Source of the DNA: Octopus vulgaris
Lineage: Eukaryota
Length of the DNA stretch: 64,000 nucleotides
Direction of reading: 5' to 3'
Assembly (NCBI GenBank): GCA_951406725.2
Contig: OX597818.1
Coordinates: forward strand, 66,588,001-66,652,000
Shown: positions 26,726 to 39,377 of the stretch, piece after piece
How the letters are laid out: each line of letters opens with the position of its first letter
Numbering within the stretch: position 1 is the first letter of the stretch
Program-made: the position numbers and the translations under genes
The notes under the pieces: model-generated
Told to the model about the DNA's origin: nothing
The model's input: the letters and a program-made list of their open reading frames with translations, nothing else
Database searches by the model: none

Positions 26726-27806
26726 CATGAAGGTCAATTCCATTGCGTGTCAAGGAGATTTCAGGCGCACGGCCCAGAATTTGGTCCTGTGACCAAACGA
26801 TCATTAGGAATTAACTTCTTACCTTTCCATACACGTATTATTTCGTCTCTAAATGTAACAATTCAAGAATAGCTGGTGTCAATTTATAATACATATTAAA
26901 CCGTTTCATAATTACACATTTCGTCACCTAAATATTGTTCTACCTAAAATGGCGAGATATTCAGTTATATGCACAGAACTGTTTAGTATCATATATATGC
27001 GTGTGTGTGTGTATGTATATATGTATGCATCTATATAAATAATTACGTGTGTGTGTGTGTGTGTGTGTGTGTGTATTTATAAGTATATATGTATAAATAT
27101 ATAATACATACCTTATTTAAAAACCTAATTAAATGACAAATAATTCTATATTAAATTTAGCAGTGAGTGATTCGTTCTGTTCTGTAAATGAAATCTATGT
27201 TCTGATCTAAAACCAAAGCAATGAAATATAAATAATACGCTATACAATATTCCATTGAATAGATAACATTTTAATTCAAAGCTCATGTGTAGCTCGTGAT
27301 ATCCAGATAAACAGTTCATTGTTCTTCAGTAGAATCTCTGTCGTTTTTTTCTTACCATTGTCATGATTCGTTTCGCTTTTTCTAAATAAGTCGCCCAAAG
27401 AATTTTCTCAAGATAAACAGCTATTTCAGTAATATTCTTGATGTCAACACACCACCACATATATCCCCACCTCCCTCATACACACACACACACACACACA
27501 CATTCACATAGCCACACTCATATTGTTATGTACATCTGTAAAAGAGAACATTCTATAATATTTAACATAAATTATGTAAATTTATTTTGCGATTATATAC
27601 ATAAACCAATCAAATGCATCGAGACAATCATCTCTAAGACAGAACTTTGAAAAAGTTAACTAAACCTGTCGACACTTTCATTTATGGTATGTTAATTAAA
27701 TTACCCATCATGCAACAGTGCATTGATGATTACGTTATTGGAAGAAATATGTCCGTCTCCTTTTGTGAAGTTGTATTTTTTCTTTGAGAATCTCCTCTCT
27801 TGAATT

Positions 27807-27807
<1 letters not shown>

Positions 27808-27866
<59 letters not shown>

Positions 27867-27919
27867 GTAATGATGATGACGATGATGATGATGATAATAA
27901 TAATAATAATAAAAATAAA

Positions 27920-27993
<74 letters not shown>

Positions 27994-28023
27994 TAATAAT
28001 AATAATAATAATATTAATAATAA
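27808..28023. repeat. (TAA)n microsatellite
   Basis: Directly visible. Confidence 0.95.
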
Positions 28024-28262
28024 ATGGTAGCAGTAGAACCAATAATTGTCGAAGCTCTGGGAAGAGTGAACAAAAATCTCGAGAGGCTGCAATAAGGGTG
28101 GGGCACTTGCACAAAGCAGCACTGCTTGGAACCGCTCGAATATTCCGGAAGGTGCTCGAAAGATAAGAGGTGTTCACTGAGAGTGAACAGCTCATACCAT
28201 AGTACATCTCCAGCGTCAGAAGCTGTGAAAAGGCAATAATAATAATAATAATAATAATAATA
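28024..28262 (+). mobile_element. 5'-truncated R4/Dong-like non-LTR retrotransposon 3' end
   Basis: V.PIIV.ALG.V.KNL...LHKAALLGTARIFRKVL* is the C-terminus typical of R4/Dong-type elements. Short 3' UTR, then (AAT)n; embedded in (TAA)n. Confidence 0.75.
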
Positions 28263-28322
28263 GTTCCTTCTATTTTAGGCACAAGGCCTGAAATTTTGTG
28301 GTAGGGTGAAGTCGATTATATG
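28263..28322 (-). mobile_element. SINE tail fragment (same tail as 21375)
   Basis: TAGGCACAAGGCCTGAAATTT...AGTCGATTA shared with ~21386-21430. Confidence 0.6.
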
Positions 28323-29485
28323 GACTGGGACATGGCGACCGGATCACTTCAAACTTTTGGAGGTTTTTCTCACGCCTAGTGTTTTAGTAATAGTAGGGGA
28401 TTGGAACACTGTCTTAGATGGACGTTCCAATCGCGTGGAGGTGGATGCAAAATCTTCACAAGCCTGCTCAGACGTTTCCAGGTGTCTGACAGCCACCGAC
28501 TAGATAGCCGGAATGTGGACTTGGACAAATCTCATCGGGCCATCTAGATTGTATTTAGATACTGTTTTGTAGTCCAGCAGATAAGGATTGTGTAGGTAGT
28601 CCGCAATTTCACATTGTCGGCTACACAGACCACGGATTCTTGATCGTACAGTCGACTTAAATAGGCTCCATAGACAGTTCCCGGTTACTGCAAGCTGAAC
28701 ACGTCGTTACTGGCGTGCCATGCTTAAACAGACCGCGTTAGTGAATTAGCTAAGCAAGCTTTGACAGGGACATTTATAAACAGCAACTGTGGTTTATTTT
28801 AAAAGGGCAATTAGAGTAGAATCGATAAGGTTTGCATAGGAATTAGCGGTAGAGAGAAACAGAATAGATGGAGATTTAGTTAGAAAATTAAATGAGGGGC
28901 TTAGGACAGGCATCGCAACCGACGTGTTCGCGGCGAGGTTGGCTCTTGACAAATTTTTTAACACCAAACACGAAGGCTGCGTTGTTAGAGCTAAGGCATT
29001 TTCACAAAACGAGAAGGGTTGTAAGGCCGCCCGATGGACTCATTTGTTTGAAGTGAAACGTGGCAATAAAGTCATCATTCGGGCTTCGGTGGACCAGAAT
29101 GTGTGTGAGATAATTTGAACCGAAGCAGATATGTGCGGCCTTTCAACAGCACTTTGCTCGAATTTTAGGGACGAGTGGTAGGACGGGTAACGGGAGATAT
29201 TACGGTGTGTACCTAGATGCTTTCCCACAACTCTGGGTCAGCCAGGCGGAGTGCTGCGAAAGACCGATAACAACCTGGAAATAACAGGAAGCGACGGCGA
29301 AAAGCTGCATAAGAGGCAGATCACCGGATCTGGATGGTCTGCACTACGAGCTTTACAGTTCAATACCAGAATTCTTTGCTGGCAACTTAGCAGACGTCTA
29401 CTGCAACTGGCAACAAAATAGATAATTCCCACATTTTTTTGTCGAAGGGCAGTGTCATTGCCGAGAAAGGAGCCAAACAAGGTGT
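28323..29485 (+). mobile_element. Decayed L1/Tx1 ORF2 (APE endonuclease to RT start)
   Basis: VIVGDWNTVLD, WTWTN...YLD, GYTDH, KLNTSLL and a GSDGL.YE-like motif across stops and frameshifts. Confidence 0.75.
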
Positions 29486-29488
29486 ATG

Positions 29489-29549
<61 letters not shown>

Positions 29550-31716
29550 TATATATATATTTATATATAGAGATATATATGAATTCAAAATCCGGTTAAG
29601 CTATCTTTATCTTTTTGAAAATAATGATATATTGGCCAGCAAACATAATCCAATTATGCAAAATATATATTAAGAATCGGGGTATAATATGTACCTGTTT
29701 GCTTGAAAGAAGAGTAAACCTCTACAAAACCACATATCTCTCAGCATATGTGTACATGCACGGATCACGTAGCAAATACATTTAGAAAAACGGTGGATCA
29801 AGTGTGTAAAACTACAAATAGGAGGGCATATATTATGCAATGGAATAGTATATCATATATGTTAATCTAAAACCTTAAATTGAAGACTAATCCAGCCATT
29901 CAAAGAGTATTACTTTTATTGTATTTTCAATTCAGATCATTGATAGAACCGGCAAGTTCAATATCCGTGAAGACTACGTTCAGTTCATGCTCAGATGAAT
30001 TTTTTCATATTTACTCGAGAGTATCCAATAGTTCTTGTCCTTCCTCGCTATCGCCTTCCCTATGAGTTTAGAATAATTGTGCAAATATACTCCCCAGATT
30101 AGGTAAACCTTACTTCTTTCTGCAGAAATATAGAAAATATGATTTAGTGTTTAAAACAAAACCTTTGACGTAAAATACTGAAGCTATCCTTCGATAAAAA
30201 CAATGTAGTGTAGAACAGCAACAGGGAGAACATATATAGTTGGAATGTTTTTGCATTCTCAAGGAAAAGATTATAAATTTAATGAATCATCAATTTGTGG
30301 CGAACTAAATAACTTGATGAAAAATCACAACTACGTGTATGTTAACCAGAAGAATGATGTTTGTTATAGGCCGAGGAAGAATGGTGTTAGTGTTATCAAT
30401 GTTGTTGATTTTATGGAGTCGATATTACTGCTGAGCTGTTAATTATATTTCCCTTCATATCATTTCAAATATATATTTACTTTTTATACACATATTGAGT
30501 AATATCCATCAAGTGAAATACCTTCAACTAACAAAGAGAATCTTAGAAGGTATCTTTTCAAACTGATTGGCCAACAAAAGATTATGAACATATGAAAACG
30601 TAAAATTAAAGAATCATATAAAAGTGAGCTCTTCAACTAGTTTTTGCTTCTTTATGTTTGAGTTTTTTTTCGGTTCTCCAATGTAATGTTGAAATGTTTA
30701 CAATCAGGAATATTCCCGTGTGTGAATGTAAATAACTTGAGAACTATTTTTAAATGAATTCTTGATGATGAGATATTCAAAAATAAAATAAAAGATTGAA
30801 ATGTTAAAATGTAATCGTCTAAAAATACGGTGCTTCCATTAATTCATTTCTAAATTGCATTGATAAAAAAAAAATGCTAATTTTTCTTGAGAGGTTAAGA
30901 AATATAGTCAAAGAAAAAAATAAAAAAAAACAGAAACGTGGCGAAAGGTTATTGTACCTTGAAGGGATATGAAATGATTTAAATTTAAATTAAAATAATA
31001 AAAAATGAAATGGTATTTCAAATAAATTTATGAATCTTTTCGGAATGGTAATTTGATAGAGATATGCAAAGAACTTGAAGGGAAAGAAAGCTACTCTTCG
31101 TTAATTCTATATTTTTCTTTCTTGTTGCATATCACATGCTTTAGAATTTTTTCGTATTTCTCTATATATTTCACACCCGTATTACATGTTTCTCTTCGAT
31201 TCTGATGTATTTATTATTTATTCATTGACTTATCTCTATAACAGAGCTACACTTTTCGCCTACATACCATTTCTATGCAACATAATCTAGTTTATTTATC
31301 TTGTTTTAGGAAATTTTCCTTAGAGTTTGCGTTATTTTATTTTATTTAAAATAGATATATATTTTTCGGTATCTAGTTATACATTGCGTCCATGTTTATA
31401 TCACAAAATTAAAGTATAGCTTCTTCTTTTCAGATTTTTCGAAATTTCTTTAATGTTTTTTTTGTTTGTTGTTAAAATTTTCAAGCATTTTCAATTTTTG
31501 CCACTGAGATCCAGAGACATATTTAACTTAAAGTCTTTTACCTCGCTTCCACTTTGACTGGATCAAGCAACGACTTTTCACTTTGGCTTCAACGAAGAAT
31601 ATAAATGATGAAATTATAAGAAACACAAACACAATGCAATTTAGTAAATCTCTGTAGAAGTTAAGGCTTGCTAATTATACACTGTATGTATGTATTTATG
31701 CATGTATGTATGCGTA

Positions 31717-31767
<51 letters not shown>

Positions 31768-31880
31768 GGTGTCGGGCCTTTCTGGTGACGTCGATGTTCG
31801 CCTGGGGCTAAATGCAACAGTAACACCCCCACCACCCTGCCCTGTCCCTAGCCATATTCAGATGGCTTTAGTCCCTTATG

Positions 31881-32010
<130 letters not shown>

Positions 32011-32140
32011 AGGTGGGTAGATATATGTATATGTACATTTTTATTACACTATGTTATAAAATACTGGCAAAGTAAGTGCTTATAAATCAGGTTATGCGCT
32101 ATTGTGAAATAAACCTTATAATGTGCCAGATATTTAAACA

Positions 32141-34214
32141 TCCCGCCTGAAAATAAAAGTCCCGCCTGAAAATAAAACTGTTGGAAATTGAAAATTGTCT
32201 GCAACTTTCCCATGAGAAGGAAAGAGCAGACAAAGAAGCCTGGGCTATAGACAACATAAAAACTAACCCCAGATCTTTCTACAGGTATGCCAAAGAAACG
32301 GCTACAGTGCACTGTAGGATAGGGCCACTCCTTGAAAAGGATGGCACACTCACAGGAAAACCAATGAGGGTAAGTGAAATACTGAATGAACAATTCAAGA
32401 GTGTTTTCACTCCACCCCTTGGGCATTTCCAAATCAGCAATCCAACTGACTTCTTTACCACTGCAGATATAGAATCAGAGGCGGCGACGATAAGTTACAT
32501 CGAGATAAAGGAAGACGATGTAATAAAGGCTATAGATGAAATGAAAATAGACTCAGCTACTGGCCCCGATGGATTCCCGGCAATCCTCCTAAAAGTATGT
32601 AAGAGAGTCTTAGCAAGACCACTGCAGTCCCTCTTTCAGAGCTTCCTTGCAGCTGGCAAACTTCCAAGGGGACTGAAGGAAGGTAAAATATGCCCTATTC
32701 ATAAAGGAGGTAGCAGAGCGGAGGCAAAGAACTACAGACCTATCTCTCTGACCTCACACATCAGCAAGGTCATGGAACGAATAGTCAGAAGGAAACTAAT
32801 CACCTTCCTTGAAGAAAATGACTTGCTGCCTGACACCCAACATGGTTTCCGACCAGGAAGAAGCTGCTTAACTCAGCTCCTGCAGCACTATGACTGGGTG
32901 CTGAAACAACTGCTCAACCACTCAAATGTGGAAGTCATATATCTCGACTTCGCAAAGGCCTTCGATAAAGTCGATCACGGAATGATATGTCACAGGCTGC
33001 GTGATCTTGGCATAGTTGGAAAACTAGGAGAATGGCTTCACGACTTTCTGAAGAATAGAAGTCAGGTGGTAGTAGCCAATGGGGCCACTTCCATTAACAC
33101 GCAAATAATGAGTGGTGTTCCACAGGGCACTGTTTTGGGACCACTACTGTTCATAATGGCCCTCTCAGACATGCCCTCAGCCACGCAGAGATCCACGATC
33201 ACAAGTTATGCAGATGATACAAAAGTTTCACAGGCAATACAGAACCCTGAGGACACTAAAAACCTGCAATGTGAGCTGGACGAAATATACAAGTGGGCTG
33301 AAAAGAATAGCATGCAGTTCAATGCTGGAAAGTTTCAAGCTTTATACTATCAGCATGCAAAACTGAATGCAATACCCAATGAATACACTGGACCCGGAGG
33401 GATTGCAATCCCAGAGGCACAATCAGTGCGTGACCTGGGTATTCACATGAGTGATGACGCGACCTTTCATGTACATGTTGCTAAACTGACAGTGAAATGT
33501 AGACGGCTGGCTGGCTGGATTCTTAGAACCTTTAGAACAAGAGAACAAGAAACCATGATGGTCCTCTGGAAGACACTTGTCCTAAGCCACTTTGACTATT
33601 GCTCTCAGCTATGGTCACCATCCAGTGTCAAGTTGATCACAGAACTTGAGGCGATCCAACGAAGCTACACAAAGAAGATAGCCTCTATGCAGAATGTAAG
33701 CTACTGGGAAAGACTCAAGAGATTAAAATTATACTCCCTGGAGCGTAGGCGGGAAAGATATGCCATAATATACATCTGGAAGATCCTGGAGGGAAGTGTC
33801 CTGAACTTTGGCATCGAGAGTTACACAAATGCCAGAACTGGGCGCCACTGCGTGGTGCCTAGGACTCCAAACCTGCCATCAAGATGTAGGACAAGATTCT
33901 GTGATAGCCTGGGCTTCCGAGGCCCACAGCTCTTCAATATCCTCCCGAAGAACCTGAGAGACCTGCATGGGGTGGATACAGATGTCTTTAAAATGAAGCT
34001 GGATCTCTTCCTGTCAGGTGTCCCAGATGAACCAACTTCACGGCAGGAGGGGCAGATGAGGGCAGCTGCATCGAACTCTCTCATGCACCAAATAGCAGTT
34101 GCTAGAAAGCCCCCATGAAGTAAAACCAAGTAGCAACACCAAATGGCGGTGCCCCAGCATGGCCACAGCTCATAGGCTGGAACTGGAATCAATCAATCAA
34201 TCAATCAATCAATC
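32141..34214 (+). mobile_element. 5'-truncated CR1/L2-group LINE
   Basis: Uninterrupted RT ORF, short 3' UTR with a stem-loop, (AATC)7 tail at 34187-34214. GC content is clearly above the flanks. Confidence 0.9.
32181..34118 (+). CDS. Non-LTR retrotransposon reverse transcriptase (ORF2 C-terminal part, no endonuclease domain)
   Basis: 645-aa ORF with GPDG, NYRPISLTS, QHGFRPGRSC, YLDFAKAFDKVDH, SGVPQGTVLGPLLF, YADDTK, RDLG and LERRR motifs. The start is a truncation point (TTG), not a real initiation codon. Confidence 0.93.
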   Translation: MEIENCLQLSHEKERADKEAWAIDNIKTNPRSFYRYAKETATVHCRIGPLLEKDGTLTGKPMRVSEILNEQFKSVFTPPLGHFQISNPTDFFTTADIESEAATISYIEIKEDDVIKAIDEMKIDSATGPDGFPAILLKVCKRVLARPLQSLFQSFLAAGKLPRGLKEGKICPIHKGGSRAEAKNYRPISLTSHISKVMERIVRRKLITFLEENDLLPDTQHGFRPGRSCLTQLLQHYDWVLKQLLNHSNVEVIYLDFAKAFDKVDHGMICHRLRDLGIVGKLGEWLHDFLKNRSQVVVANGATSINTQIMSGVPQGTVLGPLLFIMALSDMPSATQRSTITSYADDTKVSQAIQNPEDTKNLQCELDEIYKWAEKNSMQFNAGKFQALYYQHAKLNAIPNEYTGPGGIAIPEAQSVRDLGIHMSDDATFHVHVAKLTVKCRRLAGWILRTFRTREQETMMVLWKTLVLSHFDYCSQLWSPSSVKLITELEAIQRSYTKKIASMQNVSYWERLKRLKLYSLERRRERYAIIYIWKILEGSVLNFGIESYTNARTGRHCVVPRTPNLPSRCRTRFCDSLGFRGPQLFNILPKNLRDLHGVDTDVFKMKLDLFLSGVPDEPTSRQEGQMRAAASNSLMHQIAVARKPP

Positions 34215-35804
34215 CATATCAAATTAAATTTTTATAATCATCACTCACTACAAGGAGGTACAATACATTTAGTTACTTTTCTATGCAGCATTGTTAAAAG
34301 GCCTGAAGTGAGCAAGAATGTATTTGGTAAAACTGATGTGTTAATGAAGTTTGTTCAAGGAAATTTGCTTTTTCATCGAACTGTAAAAATTAGATCCTGT
34401 AAAATGTTGCTAACTATTTGTATAAACCTCGTTCTCCACAATGAGTTACATTTACTCCAACGCATATGATATAGATAGTCATAGGAAATTAGCAGCAAAG
34501 ATTGTGTGATAGAAGGAAAAGTTCGGTTATTCGAAATACATAAATTCCAAGTACATGACCAATAACGTTTGGCCCTTAATCAATACAAATTGCCTAGTTG
34601 TTTCGTTTATTCACTGCAATGTCAAAAGAAATAGCTAATGATTTAGAAGTACTGAGTCTCGAATTGACAGTTATTGCAATTCTGTTATTTTCTGTAAATA
34701 GACGTCCTGGTCAAGCAGAAGAAAATAAAGCAATGAAAAAAATGAAGAGAAAGGAAAGAGGAAGGAGAAAAAACAGTTTATATTCAAGAGGACGATAATG
34801 AATTTTATTAAAGTTGAAATACATTCGCTGAAAAGAATGACAACTTAAAATTGCCAAAGAAGCATTGATGAATTATAGAGTAAAAAGAGACAATTTTTAG
34901 TAGTCCTTTTGACAGGTAGAGTGCTAAGATTAAATATTTCCTCTTTCGTAGCCAGCTAAAATAATATCAAAATAGAAAAATAATAAAATAACAAGAAAAA
35001 TATATTACACATATATTACATTTTACTGGCCTAAAATGTCACAAGTGAAGCATAAATATGCGGTTCAATACATTTGATTTTTCACAAACGGTTAATTTTG
35101 ACGTCATCATTATTAACATCACTAGTTTTACTTGCACTGCCATCATATACACACCACCAATATTCACAAACATCAATATTATCATCTAATTCTTGTGTTA
35201 TATTATCATCCTCCAACGTAATGTGATAAACATATTTAAACTGCTAATGCAAACACTACATTAATGCGTTCCTCCTCATTACGAGCTCCAGCAACACCAT
35301 CGGCAAATGTCGTTGTCATCGGCACCAACGCTGACACTGAATCTGTCATTGTCATCAACTACAGCGTCATCGTTTTCGACTTCGTTATTTTCAAAAACAC
35401 AATTGTAATATGATTCTCACCTTTCTACATTTTTGCACTTTGCTTATTCCTATATCACGTGTTATCATAAACAATACACTCACTCACACATATACTCATT
35501 ATATATTCATATATACAAAGAGATAGAGATAGTGAGAAAGAAATAGAGAGAGTGTGAGGAAACTCAAAATATGAGATCCGGAGGTGTTGAAAATACGTAA
35601 CATTTGAACTTGCAGTCTGAAATCATTACCGAGGAGTACGTAGGCTATGTAAAGTTTCACTATAAAAGGAATCCAGGTGAGCAAATATTGAGATAACGAT
35701 GCAAATAAACAAATAAATCCCATGGTCTACACATATAACATATAAATACAAATATACATGTTGAGAAAAAAACAAAACCTGAAAATATTCAAACGTTGGA
35801 TAGT

Positions 35805-35957
35805 CATTATTTACATTTGACGGATATTTGTCCTCAACTTTTTTGTTGTTAACACGATGTTTCGGATGATGTACTCTCCAACTTTCATGAGATGTCCTCG
35901 GGGAATTTCGAACCTGGGTTCTCATTCTTATGGTATTTTTCCGATGTTAGTATTATT
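35805..35957 (-). mobile_element. Hammerhead-bearing short repeat, copy 2 (core mutated)
   Basis: Reverse complement ...CAGGTTCGAAATTCCCCGAGGACATCTCATGAAAGTTGGAGAGTACATCATCCGAAACATCGTGTTAACAAC... aligns with 11126-11247. Confidence 0.75.
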
Positions 35958-35960
35958 ATC

Positions 35961-36084
35961 ATGAAAGCTGGAGATTACATCAGCCGAAACGTTGTATAAA
36001 CAACAAACAAGATGAGGACAAATATCCGTCAAGTGTAAATAATGTTAAATATGTACATAATTCCTCGTCTCTCAAATATAGAAC
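35961..36084 (+). mobile_element. Hammerhead-bearing short repeat, copy 3 (5'-truncated within the core)
   Basis: ATGAAAGCTGGAGATTACATCAGCCGAAACGTTGT...AAATATCCGTCAAGTGTAAATAATG aligns with 11152-11245. Confidence 0.75.
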
Positions 36085-36325
36085 GATGGATATTCATGCA
36101 TAAATATATAGGTATTTATATATTAACAGAGCAGATTTACATAGAATACAAGGACACAAAAACTAAAGCATAGAGGAATGCTATTACATGTCTGACAGCT
36201 GTTCCGATGGGCCCAGAATTACTTAATAATATTGGGTGATGTAGTTCGCAAAACGTGAAGGATATGCAACCAGTAGTGGAGCCATCTAAATATTAGATAA
36301 ACTCCGCTCGGATTTTAGGGTGGAA

Positions 36326-36402
<77 letters not shown>

Positions 36403-36569
36403 TGTGTGTGTTTGATTGTGTGTGCGTGCGCGTAGGTGTGTGTGTATTATGTATGCATACCAATCGGTTTATTTGTTTATCTAAATTCTTTCCCCCTCTC
36501 TCTGTATCTCTCTCACTCTATGTCTGTCCCTCTCTCTGTCTCTCTTTATATCTCTCTTTCTCTCTCTCA

Positions 36570-36601
<32 letters not shown>

Positions 36602-36665
36602 GTATATATATGTATATATATGTATATAAAATCAATAAAGCAACAGGATATAAAGTATTAACGCA

Positions 36666-36748
36666 GTACAACCGTTTCAATCGACTCCATTTAACAAATC
36701 AATGCAATATTTACATCAATTTAAATGAAGTGCTGTCTTCAGTTGCAC
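36666..36748 (-). ncRNA. Type I hammerhead-like motif with long helix II
   Basis: Reverse complement: GTGCAA-CTGAAGA-CAGC-ACTTCATTTA-AATTGATGTAA-ATA-TTGCATTGATT-TGT-TAAATGGAGT-CGATT-GAAACGGTT-GTAC. Intact core boxes flank a >20-bp hairpin. Confidence 0.6.
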
Positions 36749-37567
36749 AAATAAATAAATGGATATTTAACAATTACAACGCATTAATATAGCTTTTTCT
36801 TAAATATTTTAACACTGTCAGAATATGGAAGAAATTCACGTTATTGCAATTCTACCTAAGATTAGGCTACAAGTTTTAAGAATCACTCGGAGCATAGTGG
36901 TTTCATAGGGCTGTAAGGGGTGTAACTCATTTCTAATTCATTTATCACTTTATCAACTATTAAATCTAAGACTAGAATACAGTGTCTATTTTGAATAAAG
37001 GACAAGAGTAAGTTGACTGCTCATGGCTAGGTATGGTCATAATTATTATCATATGCATTTCCTTTCCTCAGAGAGAAAATAAAACATTAGGATTAGTCAG
37101 TTGGATATAATTAACTGTCTATAAAAAGAGGCAGGGCAGGGGTAGACTTTAAATCCTGATGTTAATGACTAGTTAAAGGGGAATGATGCTAATAAACCTA
37201 AGATGTTAATACAAAGGAACTTTTATTTAGGGGCATTAAGGGGGGAATGTTTATAAACAATATTTTTATATTGTATAAAAATAGAATTTCAAAATTTCAA
37301 AAATGGTATCATAACCAAAATAAGTTAAAGGTTTGTATATATCAATTGTAAACATTAAAAAAGGAAAGATTACGTATAATCAGTTTAATATTCATTCATG
37401 TACTTACTTAATTAATTAATTATTAGGTGGTTTCTATAAAAACTGCCTAAGGCATTAATGTATGGAATAACTGGAAAGATATACAAGCTTTCTATGAATT
37501 TTAAGCCATGAATCAGAACAGTTTCAAAAATACATACAGATATACACACTGATATATATATATATAC

Positions 37568-37624
<57 letters not shown>

Positions 37625-38633
37625 AATATATGTATATACGCACATACAAAAATATTTATACGCTTATGTGGATATAGTATAAATATCTCGCATAGTAACT
37701 GAAAACTATCAATTTAAGAACAAGAAAAATAATTAATAAGAGATAAGAGGTTAATAAGTAAGGATGTCACAATAAGAAAACAAAATCATATGAATTAATA
37801 GAAAATAATAAGAAATACATATAATCTACGTATAAAGAGACAGGGGACTAACATTAGAGGCAGGGAAGCGATAAAGGTAACTCGAAAAGTGGGGGTTACA
37901 GGTATAGAAATAGTGAGGGCAGTTAAAGGGATTCAGATGGAAGAGATTTTATAAGTTGTCATGTTACAGGCGTTATTGTATGTGGGGTTTTATAGTTTCT
38001 AGGGGGTTTACGATTTAGTCAAAAGGACACTCACTTGCATAAAGTCAGTACAAGTATACATGCTATGATCAGTAGGGTAGAATATTATAGCAAGGAAAAT
38101 AGTGTAATGACCAAAATAGGATGAAGTCAGACTAAATAGGCAGGGGTTATCATGGGATAATATTACATATAGCACACCACGTAACATATGTAATATAATA
38201 TAATTCGGCAGATAACATAATATCCCATGATTTTATTATATTTAATACTGGAGGGTAAATTTACAATGGATACGGCACCAAAATTAATTTCCACCATCAA
38301 AGTTCAAGTATGGTAACTACAATTGTTACTTTCGAAAATACCTAATTGTTCGGGTGACACCCTTAGCTCTAATCTATTATTAATCACATTGCTCTTGTCC
38401 CTATACTTGAAAATCCTATCAGTTTCCCTAGATCACAGCTCGCACCCATATCGGCTATCTCTATAAGGCTGCGCTTTCGGGATTATATCCCATTTCAGGC
38501 TAAATCCGGTCCCGCTTTCTTTCAGTTCCCAAATATTACTAGATAAAGACTTACTATTAACTTTATGTTTATGTCTAAAAGACGGAAAATGATTATTGAT
38601 ACGTTTATACATATTTATCGATCATCCTCATAC

Positions 38634-38695
<62 letters not shown>

Positions 38696-38736
38696 GAAAG
38701 AATGGAGTCGAACGACGATTTTAACAAAATCCTTTA

Positions 38737-38813
38737 CTCTCGACACATGTGTCGAAGGCTGCATATTCCTAATTTCGAAGGAATAAAGGGTGCATTATAT
38801 CTCACCAGGAGAG
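38737..38813 (-). ncRNA. Degenerate hammerhead-like motif with long helix II
   Basis: Reverse complement: CTCTC-CTGGTGA-G...TGCA..ATTCCT-TCGAAATT-AGGAAT.TGCA...C-GACACATGTGTC-GAGAG. Helix I CTCTC/GAGAG; one substitution in each core box. Confidence 0.5.
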
Positions 38814-38874
38814 ACAAGGAAATTATATCAGCACCATGAAGAGCAAAAACTTTTAGATGACTGCCCACATATAT

Positions 38875-38947
<73 letters not shown>

Positions 38948-39327
38948 TCGAAACGCAGAGTAGATGAAACCATGGCAATGAAGAAGAGGAATATTCCCTG
39001 TGTTATATGTCCTGTACTCTATTTTTTCGTTGTTTAAGAAAAATGTCCAGTTCCTTGGTTTTGTGTTTATGTTTTCGTTTCTCATTGTGTTCGACGTTTT
39101 TTTTTTTTGGTGTCCTGTACCCATATATGCATGTATATATACATGTAGAGGTAGGTACGCACATATATGTATGTATATATGCATATGTTTTATTTATTAA
39201 TTTATATATATATGTACAGAAAAATGTGTGAGATGTTTGGTACAGATGGTGGGAATATTTGAGAAAAGAAAAACAATGACTTCACTCCTAGTTCTAATCA
39301 GTTTAATTTATTAGTTAAAATTTTTTT

Positions 39328-39377
<50 letters not shown>

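Noticed and set aside
38943-39120. GAAACGCAGAGTA half-hammerhead after a (TA)n tract
   Set aside because: The CUGANGA half is missing; probably a truncated pLTR but not supportable.
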